From: the human T2T-CHM13v2.0 reference genome, Homo sapiens
Direction: 5' to 3' (one strand)
NCBI RefSeq assembly: GCF_009914755.1
Contig: NC_060930.1
Length of the DNA: 64,000 bases
Shown here: positions 15,921 to 29,850 of the stretch, one piece after another
Numbering within the stretch: position 1 is the stretch's first letter
Layout of the letters: each line of letters begins with the position of its first letter
The notes under the pieces: generated by a model
The model's database searches: none
Told to the model about the DNA's origin: nothing
The model's input: only the letters and a program-made list of their open reading frames with translations
Translations under genes and position numbers: made by a program

Positions 15921-17829
15921 TTAAAACAAAATACAGAGGTGTTTGTTCAGAATGAAACCTGAATAAAGACTTCATTGAAAACAGGTGTTTTTTGATACTT
16001 CATTTTCAGAGAAAAAAACATTAAAAATTTCAAACATTTACAAATGTGTCCAATGTAAAAAAAAATTATCTTAAAATGATAATATCTCCTATAATTTGAG
16101 CTAAGCTTGTATGTTTATTTTAATAAAGTGGTTTGTGCTTGTAGTTGCATGTTCAAAATTAGTTATACTTCAAGTAGTTCCCTTTAATCAGAATTTGAAT
16201 TGCATAAATGCATATCTATCAAATAATTTTTTTATTTCTTTTGTTACCAGTAAGCCTTGTTATTTCTAAGGGAGTCAATGCTAACACTAAATTCTTTACA
16301 TTTCAAATAAAATAATATCGTGACTGATGTGCCCACAGCAATAATTAGTTTATAATATCATATGATTTCATAGGTAACGACTAAAACGTGAACCAAGAAG
16401 TGAAATTTATTATTACCATATGGTTTATTTAGTTTGCCTGTCATACTCTTGATACTTTAGTTTTATCAAATAGGATTTCCTGTATCATAATTTCCTTTAG
16501 AAATTGAAAAACAAATTAAATATTGTAAAAGCTACCTTATACTTTACTGTCATACAAAATCCTTCTTCCATCAAATATTACAAACATTTGTAGTATTAAC
16601 ACATTAGTAAAAATGTAAAATTAGATACTTGAAAGCAATTTCATTAATTAAGGGAAATATTTTTATAACATAAGTGTATAAAGTACAATGTTTCTCATCT
16701 TTATACCTTGGCTCATCAGAGTTGCAGGCATGGCTGTGGCACTTTTTGGAGTTTGTGGGATGGGTTTATTTCAGTTAATGAGCATGGTTTCTCCACTATG
16801 GCTGACATTTTAATATTAGACTTCCAGCAGTGAATTCTCGTCAAAAATGGTTTTTAGATCACCAGGCTTTCCATGACTAGAGCTTTTGGTACAGAATGTC
16901 AAGTACATTTATCAGTTAAATGAATTAATTATAAATGAACATACTGTTGGTAACACAGCAACAAGAAGAAAGGATGTCACAGAGAGAAACACTGGGATTT
17001 GGTGTACTTCCTCTGCTCTTTTAAACATCAGTTCTTATTTGGCCAGTGTCTCTCATGTGAATTTTAGAGAGCTTAGTTTCAAGAGGAAACTTGTAAGCAT
17101 GATTAAAATGAAATTATAAATATTTTAACTATAAGACTTACCAGTCTATAAGGCTTTAATATTGAGAAAAGAAAATAACACTATATACTATTTTGAAAGA
17201 ATCTATAAAAATAATCAAATTGTTCTTTTAAGGAAAATGAAGCTGATTAAATACATTTTACTGAAGAGGAAATTAAAGTCTGTAAAGACTGAGTAAAACC
17301 TCAAATATATTGAGTCAATCAAACACATAGTCCCCTTAAGTAACGATTTGTACCTTAAGCCATAATCATATAACAGATCACAGAGGCTGGGATCTCTAAT
17401 TCTACTCACTACCCTGCTGTTCGATTAAGAATGACATTTTCCCCAGGTTCATTTAATACAACACACAAATTAAATCAGTGATATGTATAAATTTAAGTTG
17501 ATTTTCCACATATTTTTGTTCTTGTTTTTATACTATTTTATGGTATATGTGACCAGCAATATTTTAAAGGGAAAAACTTATATAGAATAAGCATTTTTTT
17601 CAAACAACCCATTGAATTGGTAGTATGACAATGTGCTTTTCATTGATTTTAGATCAGTGGACAATATTCTCCTTTAAATGCTCAGTTACCATAAAAATAT
17701 AATAATTTGCATTAAACTGGGAAAGTTATAAAATGTGTCATTAGTGGAAAAACTCTCCAGAATTGTTCTGTTAAAAATAAGAAAAGCAGTCTTTAGCCAT
17801 AGGATGGAATAACTGTGAGAATATGTAAA

Positions 17830-18150
17830 TATGAAACAAAGCTGAACGATAAGGAAAGCAGGGCACAGTTAACATGGTTTTCAGGATGGTGGTTACCACA
17901 GGTTGAGAGAGCTGAGAAGACTGGTTGGCAGAGGACAGATGGATATATATAAGATATTTTCAAGGCTCTATTTTTTGTATCAGGTGGCTGAGTTGTGGGT
18001 AAATGAATGTTACATTATTACATTCAATAAATGAATGGCTCAGTGAATTAAAAAGAGAGTGATGCATAGATCAATGATAAGATAGTTTCATAAATGAAGT
18101 ATTAAGATTAATCCAATATTGATACACCTAAGGTCAAAAAGGAGAAAATT
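17830..18150 (+). mobile_element. Old L1M (L1ME-like) 3' UTR fragment
   Basis: TTTTCAGGATGGTGGTTACC ... CTCTATTTTTTGTATCAGGTGG resembles L1ME 3' ends. Confidence 0.45.
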
Positions 18151-18989
18151 AAAGTTTTTAAAATGCATTCATCTAGATTTTTTCTGCTTACAGATAATAT
18201 TTTTGGTAATGTGTTTGTAAATCAACCAGTAGGCATCCAAGTTCCCTTAATTATGTAGCATGTTATTCTGAATTGTTTTCTATTTAAAGATATCTCATTT
18301 AAAACATATTGTCTAACTTGTTCTAAGTCAGAAATGTAAACATACTTAGTATCTCTCTCTTTGTCTCTTTCTCCCTCTCTGTATCTCATTTGCACTTGAA
18401 AGTTCATGAAAACACACACACACACAGACACACCCCTTTCCAATTACAGGATGAAATGTTATAGTTAATATTTGTTTATTCAGATTTTTTGTTTTAGCCT
18501 TATTGTTTGTTTTTTGCTTTCTTAAATATAAAAGTTTATTTCTTCCTTAGTAAGTACAGCATATTAAAAACATACGAATTTTTCCTTGCTTATAAAATTG
18601 CAGTGTAGAAAGGTACCATTTCTTATTGTTGTATACACCATCCATCTCAAATTATCTGAAAAATAAAAAGTAGCTCACAAGAAAATTCCAAACACATTAG
18701 GGCAAAAAATAGTTAAAAATAACAAAGAATTTAACAAAAATGATGTAAAACAAAAGAGCAAACATGCAGATTCACACATGCACACGCTGCACCCACACAT
18801 ACCTCCTGGACAATTGATAGGCATATAAACAATTGGTCCTAATAGTTGTAGAAATTTCCATCTGCATTTGGGATAGGTCCTGAGATTTATTTTTGTAACT
18901 CCTCTTTCTTTCATCCCTTGCCCCTCACAAGGTGCTAGGGGTTCAGAAACAAATCGTTTTCATTCCCTGCCCTGGAGGAGATGGGCAGG

Positions 18990-19445
18990 TCAGCAGATAA
19001 TTAGAATGCAGTGTCGTGGTTATTGTCCAGCTCAAGAGAGAAGGAAGGAAATAATTCTGCACAACAAAAGAATGGAAAGGAAAAGTTAGAGAAAATTTCA
19101 TGGAGGACATGAAATTAGAAAAGTATTTGACATATAAATAAAATTTGCCCAAGTGAAAAAGACATAACTGGGTAGACAATAATTAGCATTGCAGTGCAAT
19201 TCCAACACAAAATGTATAGGGAAAGTAAAGGAGGAATCTGGAATTGGATTGAGATGGGCCTTAAATGTTATAGTAAAAAAAGAAAAATGTTGGATGAGAA
19301 CTCTACTTTAGAAACACAAAATTGACTAAAATGTGAGGAATGAATTAGAATAAGGAGAGATTAGGGATAGAGAAACAAAGTATAAGTCTGTTACAACAGA
19401 CACAAGAGATGATGACTTCTCAAGTAGGGTAGCTGTAAAGGGATT
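18990..19445 (-). mobile_element. L2 fragment
   Basis: Purine-rich L2-like motifs (GGGCCTTAAATGTTATAGTAA, AAGAGATGATGAC). Boundaries approximate. Confidence 0.55.
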
Positions 19446-19572
19446 GGTGCTTTTGGGCAGCAGAGAAAGGCTTGCCTGTTCCCTGGCAGCTAGTCTGAGC
19501 CAGGCCTATAATAAATAAGTTTTGAATAATTCCATAAGTCTGAGATGTCTTTATCTATTTGCTTTATTACCA

Positions 19573-19953
<381 letters not shown>

Positions 19954-21118
19954 TTACTGTTTGCAAATGGGAAGGCATCTAAATTCCATATATCAAAATC
20001 ACTTCTCCTGTCTTAAAAAATGTGGCCATGTAGACTAGTGATTTTATTGGCCACACACAGCATGGTAAAAAAGACAAATTCATGCAATCTAGTAAATGGA
20101 AAATCTGGCTCCAAGTAGATTATATTATGGATCTGGAAATCCTTTGTGTTGGCTCTTTGTAGTTCTCAATAATTTTAAAACTCATGTCAACAGTTAGGAC
20201 TGGGTGTGAAAGGATAAAGTCTGGAATTGAGATTAGGAACTATAAGAATCAAAAGCACTTTCATCCCTTGGTTTCCATCATTTTCTTTGTAGGTCCATTT
20301 TGGGAATGTTTACATGCTAAACACTTAATGATGTAGCAGCTTTCAAGTTTCTTTGTGTGCCTCCGTAAAACCAGTAATGCCGAGGAAAAACAAGACAACC
20401 TTGAACAGTTGTGGAAGGTTTACAGGGACTTCAGATGCAATGTGGTTCTACTGCTGCTAGTGGGAGAGGGGATCTGTGGTCTACTGAGCTTTCCTCTATG
20501 TTTCCGCCATATGGACTACTATTCTAGAAAACAATCTGTCACTGGGGGTAAATTCTCACCAGTCAGCAGCCACCTGAGGTGTAGTTAGAAAAAAACAAAA
20601 CAAAACAAAACACTGGAATAAAAAGAATAGCTCTGGAAGCTGATCTGTCTATATGAGAATTGGTGTGGGAGTGTGGTGGTAGTGGATGTCTTCAGGAGGT
20701 AGGGGAAAAATGTGAATAGAGACATCCAAGATCAACAAATCTCTATTTAAACCTAAAAGAAGCTGAAATAGGCATTTTGAGCAAAACAAGCTAAAGAAGA
20801 TGAAAAGATTACCTATACATTGAAGTGTTCTCAGTTCCAAGTTACACTTTAAAATTTCTGAGAAGGAAAAACAAAAATCAATGTTTGCTATGCCGATACA
20901 CAAACCTTTCACCTCTGGGAAAAGTCTTTGGGTTCTAAGCCAAACCAATTTTGTGAGTTTTACCCTTCAATCCTCAGGTCACAAACAGCTAAACATCTTA
21001 CCTTTCAGTGTTCATGCCAAGAAATAAAGAATGTTAGAGTTCATTACCGAAGCAGCGGACAGCACGTGGCAGATAATTTGTACTGAGAAAAAGGTTGTCT
21101 CTCACATTGGTGGTTGCA

Positions 21119-21364
21119 TTTCCTTCCTTCCTTCCTTCCTTCCTTCCTTCCTCCCTCCCTCCCTCCCTCCCTTTCTTCTTTCCCTTCTTCCTTCCTTCTT
21201 TCTACCTTCCTTCTTTCCTTCCTTCCCTCTTCCTTCCTTGTGTCCTTCCTTTATTCGTTTCCTCCCTTTTCCCTCCCTCCCTCCCTCCCTCCCTCCCTTC
21301 CTTCCTTCTTTCCTTCCTTCTCTTCCCTTCTTCCCTTTCTTCCTTTCTTTTTTCTTTTTATTCC
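21119..21364. repeat. Polypyrimidine/polypurine simple repeat (TTCC)n/(CCCT)n
   Basis: About 245 bp almost purely C/T; accounts for four overlapping low-complexity ORFs. Confidence 0.95.
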
Positions 21365-23473
21365 AGTGAAAACAGAAAGTTAAGTCTAGTGGGAAAAATG
21401 AGGCTGCACTGAAAGACTGGCTCTGAAAGAAGCAATCAGGCAACAATAAGGTGCTTAAAGGCCTTCTTACCTCTTTCTTTCCATCTGCTTCTTGCTGAAG
21501 GAGGGTCTGTGCAGAACGGCAATAAAACATCAATGGAAACTTGGCCAAAGAATGAAACTGAGTCTTAGAAATGTACTGATGTACTATTTGTGCTTCCCCA
21601 ACCCTCCTCATCCCTGTTTAGGATTTTTCATTTGGTGGATTCTATTATTAAATATTACCCATCCTCTTGGTTTAGAGGAGAATTGTTTGGCCCCCTACCA
21701 CAGCCCACCCAAGGAAAGATAGAACAGAAATTTTTAAAGGGAGCATTTTGATATAGCATGGCTTTGCTGAGGGTTAATATCCCGTGCCTCTAGTATATTT
21801 TCCAAGTCTATGATGTAGGGCTGAGATGCTGAGAGCATTGTGATCTGACTAATATTACCCCTTCCCAGAATCTCACAGATGGACTACAATGAATAGGTTC
21901 AATTACTTATTTAAAATTCAAAGGTACTTCACAGTTTGAATTTTCATGACTTTATAGTTTCTTCTTTCATCTTTATTCCAACTAAAATTCTTTAGAAGAA
22001 AAATATTTGCAAGTCTAAGATTATTTGCATTAAAAAAACTAAAAAGAAAAATAGGAAAGGAGGGAGGAAGAAATGTTACAGTATTAGCAACTGTGATTCC
22101 TCATTGGCCTAGAGATTTTAACTACAGTTTTTATGCAAGGCGTTTTTTAACTTCACTGTTTTGGAGGAGGCAGTAGCTGAGATTAATTATGTATAATTAT
22201 ATTATTATTCCTCTTTTCATCAAGACATAAAAATACATATTATATAATCATAATATATGATCCAGACACCAGTATAATACACATGCAAAAAAGTCTCCTA
22301 TAAAATAAATTCAATGATCTGTTATTGCATCATTTTTTAAATATATTTTTGTTATAGAGGACATAATATAAAAAAAAAACATTATATATCAAATAATGCC
22401 CAGTACTAGGTATAATTCTAAAAATTTTATTAGACTAGTAGATATTTTCACAGTACATGGGAGTATGTGAAAATACTTACTTATGATAGCCTCTTGAGTG
22501 TTTTGAGACTAATGGAATTTCTCTTGAATTTCAAGGGCCAGTTCTTTCTGGAGGAAAGGAGAATCCATCAGATATTTGTTTTTTTAAAAAAGCCATGTCC
22601 AAACATACATGCTATAAGGTGGCTCTAGGCCTAGCCATTCTCCTCTTTTCGTTTAATTGCTGCATCTCCATGCAACTAAACATTTACTAAGTTCTTTGGA
22701 TGTTATTAAATAATAAACTTTTCACTTCATTCAAACTTGGCATAAACTTTGGGCTTTCTCATAAGGTAAAAAATTCAGCAAGACTATAGAAAGAATAATA
22801 ATGAATTACTTTGGATTGCAAAGAGGATTCTCCTGGAATTCTACAACATCTGGAATTTAGCGTATTTCTGTGAAATGTCTCCATTTATGCTTAGGAAGAG
22901 AGAGTGGATACCATCAGGAAGTAGGAAATTTGAACCATGTTAATCACATCCACAAATGACATTTAGTATCCAGATATCAGCAAAAGGCCAAATAGAGAAG
23001 AAATTAAAATAAGCAATCTTATGAATTCAGTCTGTGGTCAGGAGACATTCCAAGAAGTTTTTAACAGGAAGCAAATAAACAACCTCTCAAATATAAGTCA
23101 TTCCATATCTGAATCAATCTAAAATTAAAAATGCTACAGGGCAGGTGGGGAGGAAGGAAATCCCTGCAAGAAAGAAATGATCAAATAAATTCCCATCAAG
23201 GTTTTCCACTTTTTGTTTCTTTTTTTAAATACACATTTACAATATGTGAAGTGCTTCTCATTTTGACCTTTTTTTCCCCCGGGCTCAGGAAAGGGCTTTC
23301 CAAGGTCTTCATCAGCCACCAGTGGATGATCTCAGGGCTTTTCTGAGAATGAATAAACGAACAGGGTGCAGATAGTGTGAAGTTAGCCCACCTCTCCTTT
23401 CCTCCTTTCGTCACTTGCCATTCTGAGTACCTTTTGGCCTTATGGAGCATGCTCCTTTATAGTACAGATGTAA

Positions 23474-23636
23474 GAGGAAACTTTTTGAGGTGACGGATAT
23501 GGATATGTTTATGGTGTAGATTGTGGTGATGGTTTCACAGTGTATGCTTATCTCCAAACTCATCAAATTGTATACATTAAATATGTACAGCTTTTTATTT
23601 GTCAACCATACCTCCATAAAATGGTTTTTAAAAAAG
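23474..23636 (+). mobile_element. L1MB/L1MC-type 3' end fragment
   Basis: GAGGAAACTTTTTGAGGTGACGGATATG...GATTGTGGTGATGGTTTCACAG...AAACTCATCAAATTGTATACATTAAATATGTACAG. Confidence 0.8.
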
Positions 23637-23665
23637 AACACAAAACCATTACTATAGTCTTTCTT

Positions 23666-23966
<301 letters not shown>

Positions 23967-24394
23967 CACTCTAGTCTTTCTTAAGCCTCTACTCCATCTC
24001 TTCACTTAAAAATTGACTTTTTGCAATGTGGCTCTACACTAGTCAACACCATTTCTCTCATGGGTAGCATGACCTGCTGCTCTGCATTTCATATGTATCC
24101 AGCAGAAACACAATGTGGTACACTGGTAAATACAGGACACCAGATTGCATAAAGTCACCAGGGAGTTGGCACACCCTAAGGAGATCCCATCGATTTGTAG
24201 AGTCAGCACTCCCAAAGGACTTCAGAAGGTGTGCAGCTGTCATCTCAGTTGCCACAATGTCAGCTTTCAGGTGGCATCATTGGCTGCATTTTAGAGTTAT
24301 GATCTGCTGCTATGGATTTCTATAGAGCTAATGCTTCTCCCACCTCCAATTATTATTTGTATTATCATTATTGTTGTTATTATTAAGAAAAAAG

Positions 24395-24633
24395 AGAAAT
24401 GGCGATTAAGAACACAAGCCCAGTAGTATAGTTCCCTGACTCCACCACTTGCCCACAGACTTTGGGAAAATTACTTGGTCACTCTTGCTTTAGTTTCAGA
24501 ATCTGTAAAATGATAATAGTACCCACCTTATAGTCTTGTTGTAAGTATTAAATGATATACTACAAGTGAAATGCTTTGAAAAGTATCTGGCACATGGTAA
24601 GAACTTAAAAGATATTAACTATTATTATTGTTA
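24395..24633 (+). mobile_element. MIR
   Basis: GACTTTGGGAAAATTACTT...TTAGTTTCAGAATCTGTAAAATGATAATAGTACCCACC...TCTGGCACATGGTAAG. Confidence 0.8.
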
Positions 24634-25349
24634 CTGCTATTTCATTACTGCACTCTATACCGTGAATAGTGTTCTGAGCTTGGAAACACTTGCACTTGTT
24701 TATACTAATATTCTCCTTTGCACATAAGGTGCTTTTCTTCTTATTGATTCTTTCTGAACATGCCTTTGAGGGAAAATATTTCTTCAAATAATAGGGCTTT
24801 GAGATGCAAAATTCATACTTATAGGATTCCAGTGTCTATGCACACAGAGATACACTTAGTGATCTTTAGCATTTTCAATACAACAAGGCATCTTGGAAAA
24901 AAAGTTTTAATCTTTTCACACAATAAAAGTATTCATACATTCTGATCGTTGTTTTCATGAGAAAGCAAGAAACACTTTGCCATAACTTCATCCTCCCTTC
25001 ATCAAGACATTAAAAAATGTTAATTATAAGATAACTTAATTCAGTGAGCCCTGATAACTCCTTATGATGCGTAACAGCAGTATATTAGGGGTGAATTAAT
25101 TCAATATGACAATTGAGATATTAGTATTCCTCTGTTATCTTGTACATTATTCCCCCCCATTGTTTATGATATTTTCATCTCTTCATATTGCCCAATGTGT
25201 ATTTTTATGAATAGCATTGATAGCTAACCTAAGCATAATTTCAACAAATTCTATATTAACCCTTTTGAACCTGTGACTCTTTTGGACTTAAGACATTACA
25301 AGCATGTTCAGGCAAAAATCAGTGAACATTTATTCATTGTTTGCTGTAA

Positions 25350-25585
25350 GAACCAGAGCAGTGTCCTGGTGAAGACCATGGGTTCCAGGTTCAACTTCCT
25401 GACTCTATGCTTTTCTATCCTTTCTGATTTGGTCTCAGTTTTGTTTTTGTTTTTGTTTTCTGTAAATTGGGAGTAATAATATTGTCTTAGAAGGTTATTC
25501 TGAGAATTAAAGATAATACAAAATATACATAACCAATACCTGGCATAGAGGAACATGATCACTATATTTAAACTATCATTAATAT
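25350..25585 (+). mobile_element. MIR
   Basis: CTCAGTT...TCTGTAAATTGGGAGTAATAATA...GAGAATTAAAGATAATAC...CCTGGCATAG. Confidence 0.7.
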
Positions 25586-25739
25586 CATATTTAGATATTA
25601 AAACCATGTAAGAAAATTCATGGAATACTTGAAAATGAAAGCTTTAAAAAAAGTTTTGATCTTTGCATTCCTATAACAAGAATTCTGTTTCAAGAATTCA
25701 CTTCTCACTTCCTCAACACCTCATATGGCATATTAAATA

Positions 25740-25740
25740 C

Positions 25741-25796
<56 letters not shown>

Positions 25797-26128
25797 TCCT
25801 CAACTTATGATGGGGTGATGTCCCAATAAACACATTGTAAGCTGAAAAGATCCTAAGTCAAAAATGCATTTAATACACTTAACCTACTGAACATCATAGC
25901 TTAACCTAGCCTACCTTAAACGTGCTAAGAACACTTACATTAGTCTACACTTGAGTAAGATCATCTGGCAACACAGTGCACTACGGAGTATCAGTTGTGA
26001 TCATGTGGCTGACTGGAAGCTGCAGCTCACTCTTGTTGCCCAGAATGGTGGGAGCATTCCATTTTCTACCCAACATGTATTGTTTTCACACCATCGTAAA
26101 GGCGAAAATTTGTTAGTCAAGAATGCTG
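25740..26128 (+). mobile_element. MER47B/Tigger5b-like DNA transposon
   Basis: ATGCTCCTCAACTTATGATGGGG...CATCATAGCTTAACCTAGCCTACCTTAAACGTGCT...GTGGCTGACTGGAAGCTGCAGCTC...CACACCATCGTAAAG. Confidence 0.85.
25746..25794. repeat. (TA)24 microsatellite
   Basis: Uninterrupted TA run counted directly. Confidence 0.97.
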
Positions 26129-26148
26129 TGTGTGTGTGTGTGTGTGTG
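26127..26148. repeat. (TG)11 microsatellite
   Basis: Counted directly. Confidence 0.95.
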
Positions 26149-27060
26149 TATTTACCTAGCTATTTCTTAAGTAATGATGCTTTCTTGCCTACATCTAAAA
26201 TTTTACTTCAGTTGATTCTGCACTATCAGACTGTAATTATACATATATATATTTGTACTCTCTAGAATAACTATTTTTGAAATTTTTGAGAAATATGCTT
26301 CATCCTGACATTACCATTGTCAAGATTAATACCTGTTGGCCTAACCAATCCACATAAAATGTAGACCTCTTTTGGCCTGATATGCCTGATTTCTAAGCCT
26401 ATAGAATCCAGCCCGTTAATGAGAGATGCTAGGTTTGTCCTCAGCCTAGAAATTAAGGAGGGAGATACTGGGAGGACCGAGGAAAAACCTGTTCACTTGT
26501 ATGAAACTGAAACTACCCTCACATTTCATCTTTTTATACTAGGTAGCCAGTACTCCTTCTTGGTATCTTGTCTGTCTAACAAAAACCTCCAACAAGAAAA
26601 AAAAATGTATTAGAGAAAAGCCTCCTACTGCTTTCAGCTGCTGTAGTCAGTCATAGGCCTCCCACGGTTGTGAGGCGTCTGCGCTCCTGTTTTCTGGCTG
26701 GGCTCCCTAGTCATCGGCAGGAGCTACATTCCTCAAAAGAGAGCTGACAGCCAGAGCAAGGAGGAAGGGAAAGAAACTGAGACTTGCAAAAATATATGTT
26801 TCTGGTTTTCAAAGTTTGCTCTCTATTCTGCTGTATGCAGGAGAATATTCCTCATTATAATGGAAGCCCAAGGCCAGATGGCCTGTGGAAGTCAGTGGAC
26901 AAAGCCACAAGGCACTCGGGACTTGTGGCTATCAAGTTTTAAATCATCCCCTCATCTCACGAGGTAGAACTGACCTGCGTCCCATTTGTCACCCCCAACC
27001 TATTGTGGAACCTGTCTCACTGCCCTACATATATTTGATTTCAGTCTGTGTCTTCCTGAG

Positions 27061-27335
27061 AGGCAGTATTATATTGTGGTTGAAAGCAAAGACACCAGCC
27101 TAAGACTGCCGAGTTTTGAATTCTGGCTCCATCATTTCTTATCTGTGTGACCTCGGGCAAGTGTTTTAACTTCTCTGTGCCCCATTAGACTTATACATAT
27201 AAAGGGAATAATAGTAATAAATAGATAATAATAAATCTACTTCACGGCAATATTGTGAAGATTAAATGAGTTAATGTATGTGAAGCACTTAGAAGAAAGC
27301 CTGATACAAACATAGCAAGTGCCATCCAAATATTT
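27061..27335 (+). mobile_element. MIR, near full length (short L2 3' end follows at ~27350-27420)
   Basis: AGACTGCCGAGTTTTGAATTCTGGCTCC...TGTGTGACCTCGGGCAAGT...GTGAAGATTAAATGAGTTAATGTATGTGAAGCACTTAGAA. Confidence 0.9.
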
Positions 27336-29424
27336 TCTTTTATTTCTTAGGAGTAGGGAACAGGTTTTAATCAATTTTTCTAATTCCAAAACCTCAGCAC
27401 AATGCCTGGCACACAATATGTAACCCAGTTCTCAAAGACAAAGCTATCCTGTAGCTCTAAACAGTAAACACCTCAGGCAGGCTTTAATGGCAAAGCAAAA
27501 TTACATGCTTCTGTAACTACAAAAAAATATATATATATATGTAAGGAACATAATACAAAAGAAAAAAGAAAATACCTAATTCGCTGTAACAGGAAACAGA
27601 ATCTCATTAGGATCTGCTTTCTATCAAACTAAAATGTCCTAGTAACCAGTCTTTCAGAATCCCCTCCTGAAATACAGCAGCAGGCCAATTAATTAGTATG
27701 AAAGCTTAGTCAAAAGGACAATACTACCTGGAGAACTAAGCAATTCAGGCAGCCTCACAGCATTTAATTGAGCCACAGACCATAGAACAACTTTGTTTGG
27801 TAATTTAGAGCATACATTTCCACTGGAGCATGTTTTCTGATTCAGGTCTTCTTTGTGGTTGCTTTTCTGCTGGTCAAATGTGTCCTGAAAGAGTGGTGAA
27901 AACATCCTCTGCCCACACAGTGGGTACAACAGGGATAGACTATCAGGCTCTTGCCCACATTTATTAGAAAATTTGAGCCTATCTTCAGACACAAATACTG
28001 ATTCATAGAACATTAGTGTTTCTACTCATTTTCCAGGAAACATTCAATAGACTAAGTAGGAAGCTGGAGGAGGGAAACCTTTGGTGTTCTGAGAGACCCT
28101 TAAACAATTTGACACCCAATCTGAATGTAATGCTGCTCATAGAAACCCAACATAGCAGAGATGAGCCATATTACAGAGCAGTTGCCCCTCTTTCTGCAAA
28201 TTCTAGAGGCCTGGCTCTGGTGGATCAGGAGGGTCTAAGCTTTTAGCCCATCTGCACCTGCTGCACCTCAGCCTACATTGCTCTAAGTTCTCTCAAATAT
28301 GAATCCCACATGGTACTGGCAAAACTGCTCTGGATTAGAGCACAGTCCATCCTGCCAAGATTCTGGAGGGATTAGTTAAGTGAGGCCATGGAGAAGGATT
28401 CCTTTGGGGAGAATCCACTCTTTCAGAAAAACACAAAAGCATTACTCTGTGTTGGGTGCCAATTGAAATTACATAATAGATAGCTATGACAAGGAATTAA
28501 GTAAAATTCATTAAACTCAGCACAGTATATCATAACACTGGAGGGAAAAGTAAATCCCTGATGTCCAGGCTAAACTAGCTTTTTTCAGAATTTATTGTCA
28601 TCCTGATTTGGGCATGTCAGTGGGAAAGGGAAAGACTAAAGCATCACTGGGGTATCTCTCAAGGTAATTGACTACCTTGCAGGCTCATAAAGATAAAAGT
28701 CTGGCTCGCATTGTGCTCTCACCAAAGGGCTGCCATGCGTACCAGGAGCTCAGAATGAAAAGGTGTTCCCCTCCCAGTCTCTCAGGGGGTTTTGCTTCCA
28801 CATCCCACTCTGTTTTCTCAAGAGCAATGTCTCCAAATGAGAATCATTTGGCAAATAAAATGAATATCAGGATTTGAACGTCTGATTTTAAAAGCTGCTT
28901 ACATAGAAATCCACCCACCGTTTTGAAAAGGCATAAGATGCTTGAGGCTTATTCCCAGAACTAAATGATGAGATGGGCTTTGTGAGACTAAAAGGATAAC
29001 AGACACCAAATAAAAAAAGCAGTACAAAAATGCCCCAACCTATGTATAGCCACCAGTTCATAAAAATATTTTTTTAAAAGAGAGACAAATTTAATGAAGG
29101 CACGGGAGAGTCTAAATTACTTTTGTCAAAAGTGAATTGAAATATACTTAGGTCACTCCATCTAAGTAATATGATTCTTCAGAATTTGATTTTTAAAAAT
29201 TCTCAGTTTCATAAAGTACTTATAGGACTTATGTCAAAGTTATAAGGAGTTTGTTGTTTCGTTTGTTTTTTTATTAAGGACAGGTGGTGATGTTGGAAAA
29301 TATGTAAAATGATTAATAATGAAACTACTGAGGCTTAAGCTAACCAATATTTATTGGGTGACTATAAGCTTCTTAGAACAAAACGTGAATCTATGGGGTG
29401 GGAACATGCATAACAAGTATATTA

Positions 29425-29850
29425 CACATTAAATCAATACTCGTAAATCACTAGGTACCATGTAAGAATTATAACAAATGAGCATAGAATAATTTCTGCC
29501 TTTAAGTAGCTTAAAATATAGAAAGACAGTCATGTTATCATACAAAGCTTGATAAGATACCTGAAAGTCAGGAGGTTCTGTTAAAATTCTATGAGAGTAG
29601 AAGTAGGAGTGTGAGAATAGATCAAGGACATTTGAGCTAGCATAGACAGGATGGATAGAAAATAAAAGAGATGGGCCATGAGGAAGTGAACTAATGAGAA
29701 GGCAAAGGTGCAAAGGAAAAAACCCAAAGAATTTACAGAATGATTGTGAGCAGTCCAGTGGCTGCTCCAAGCTCAGGATGTCAGAAGTGGAATAAAAGAA
29801 GATAAGCCTGGAAAAATAATTGGAATTTTATTCTCTAGGAAATTGCCAAG
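29425..29850 (-). mobile_element. L2 3' fragment
   Basis: Purine-rich, L2-like succession (TCTGCCTTTAAGTAGCTTA, GGAATTTTATTCT). Highly diverged. Confidence 0.5.

Noticed and set aside
21031-21611. Four overlapping ORFs up to 169 aa
   Set aside because: Open only because the (TTCC)n repeat lacks stop codons.
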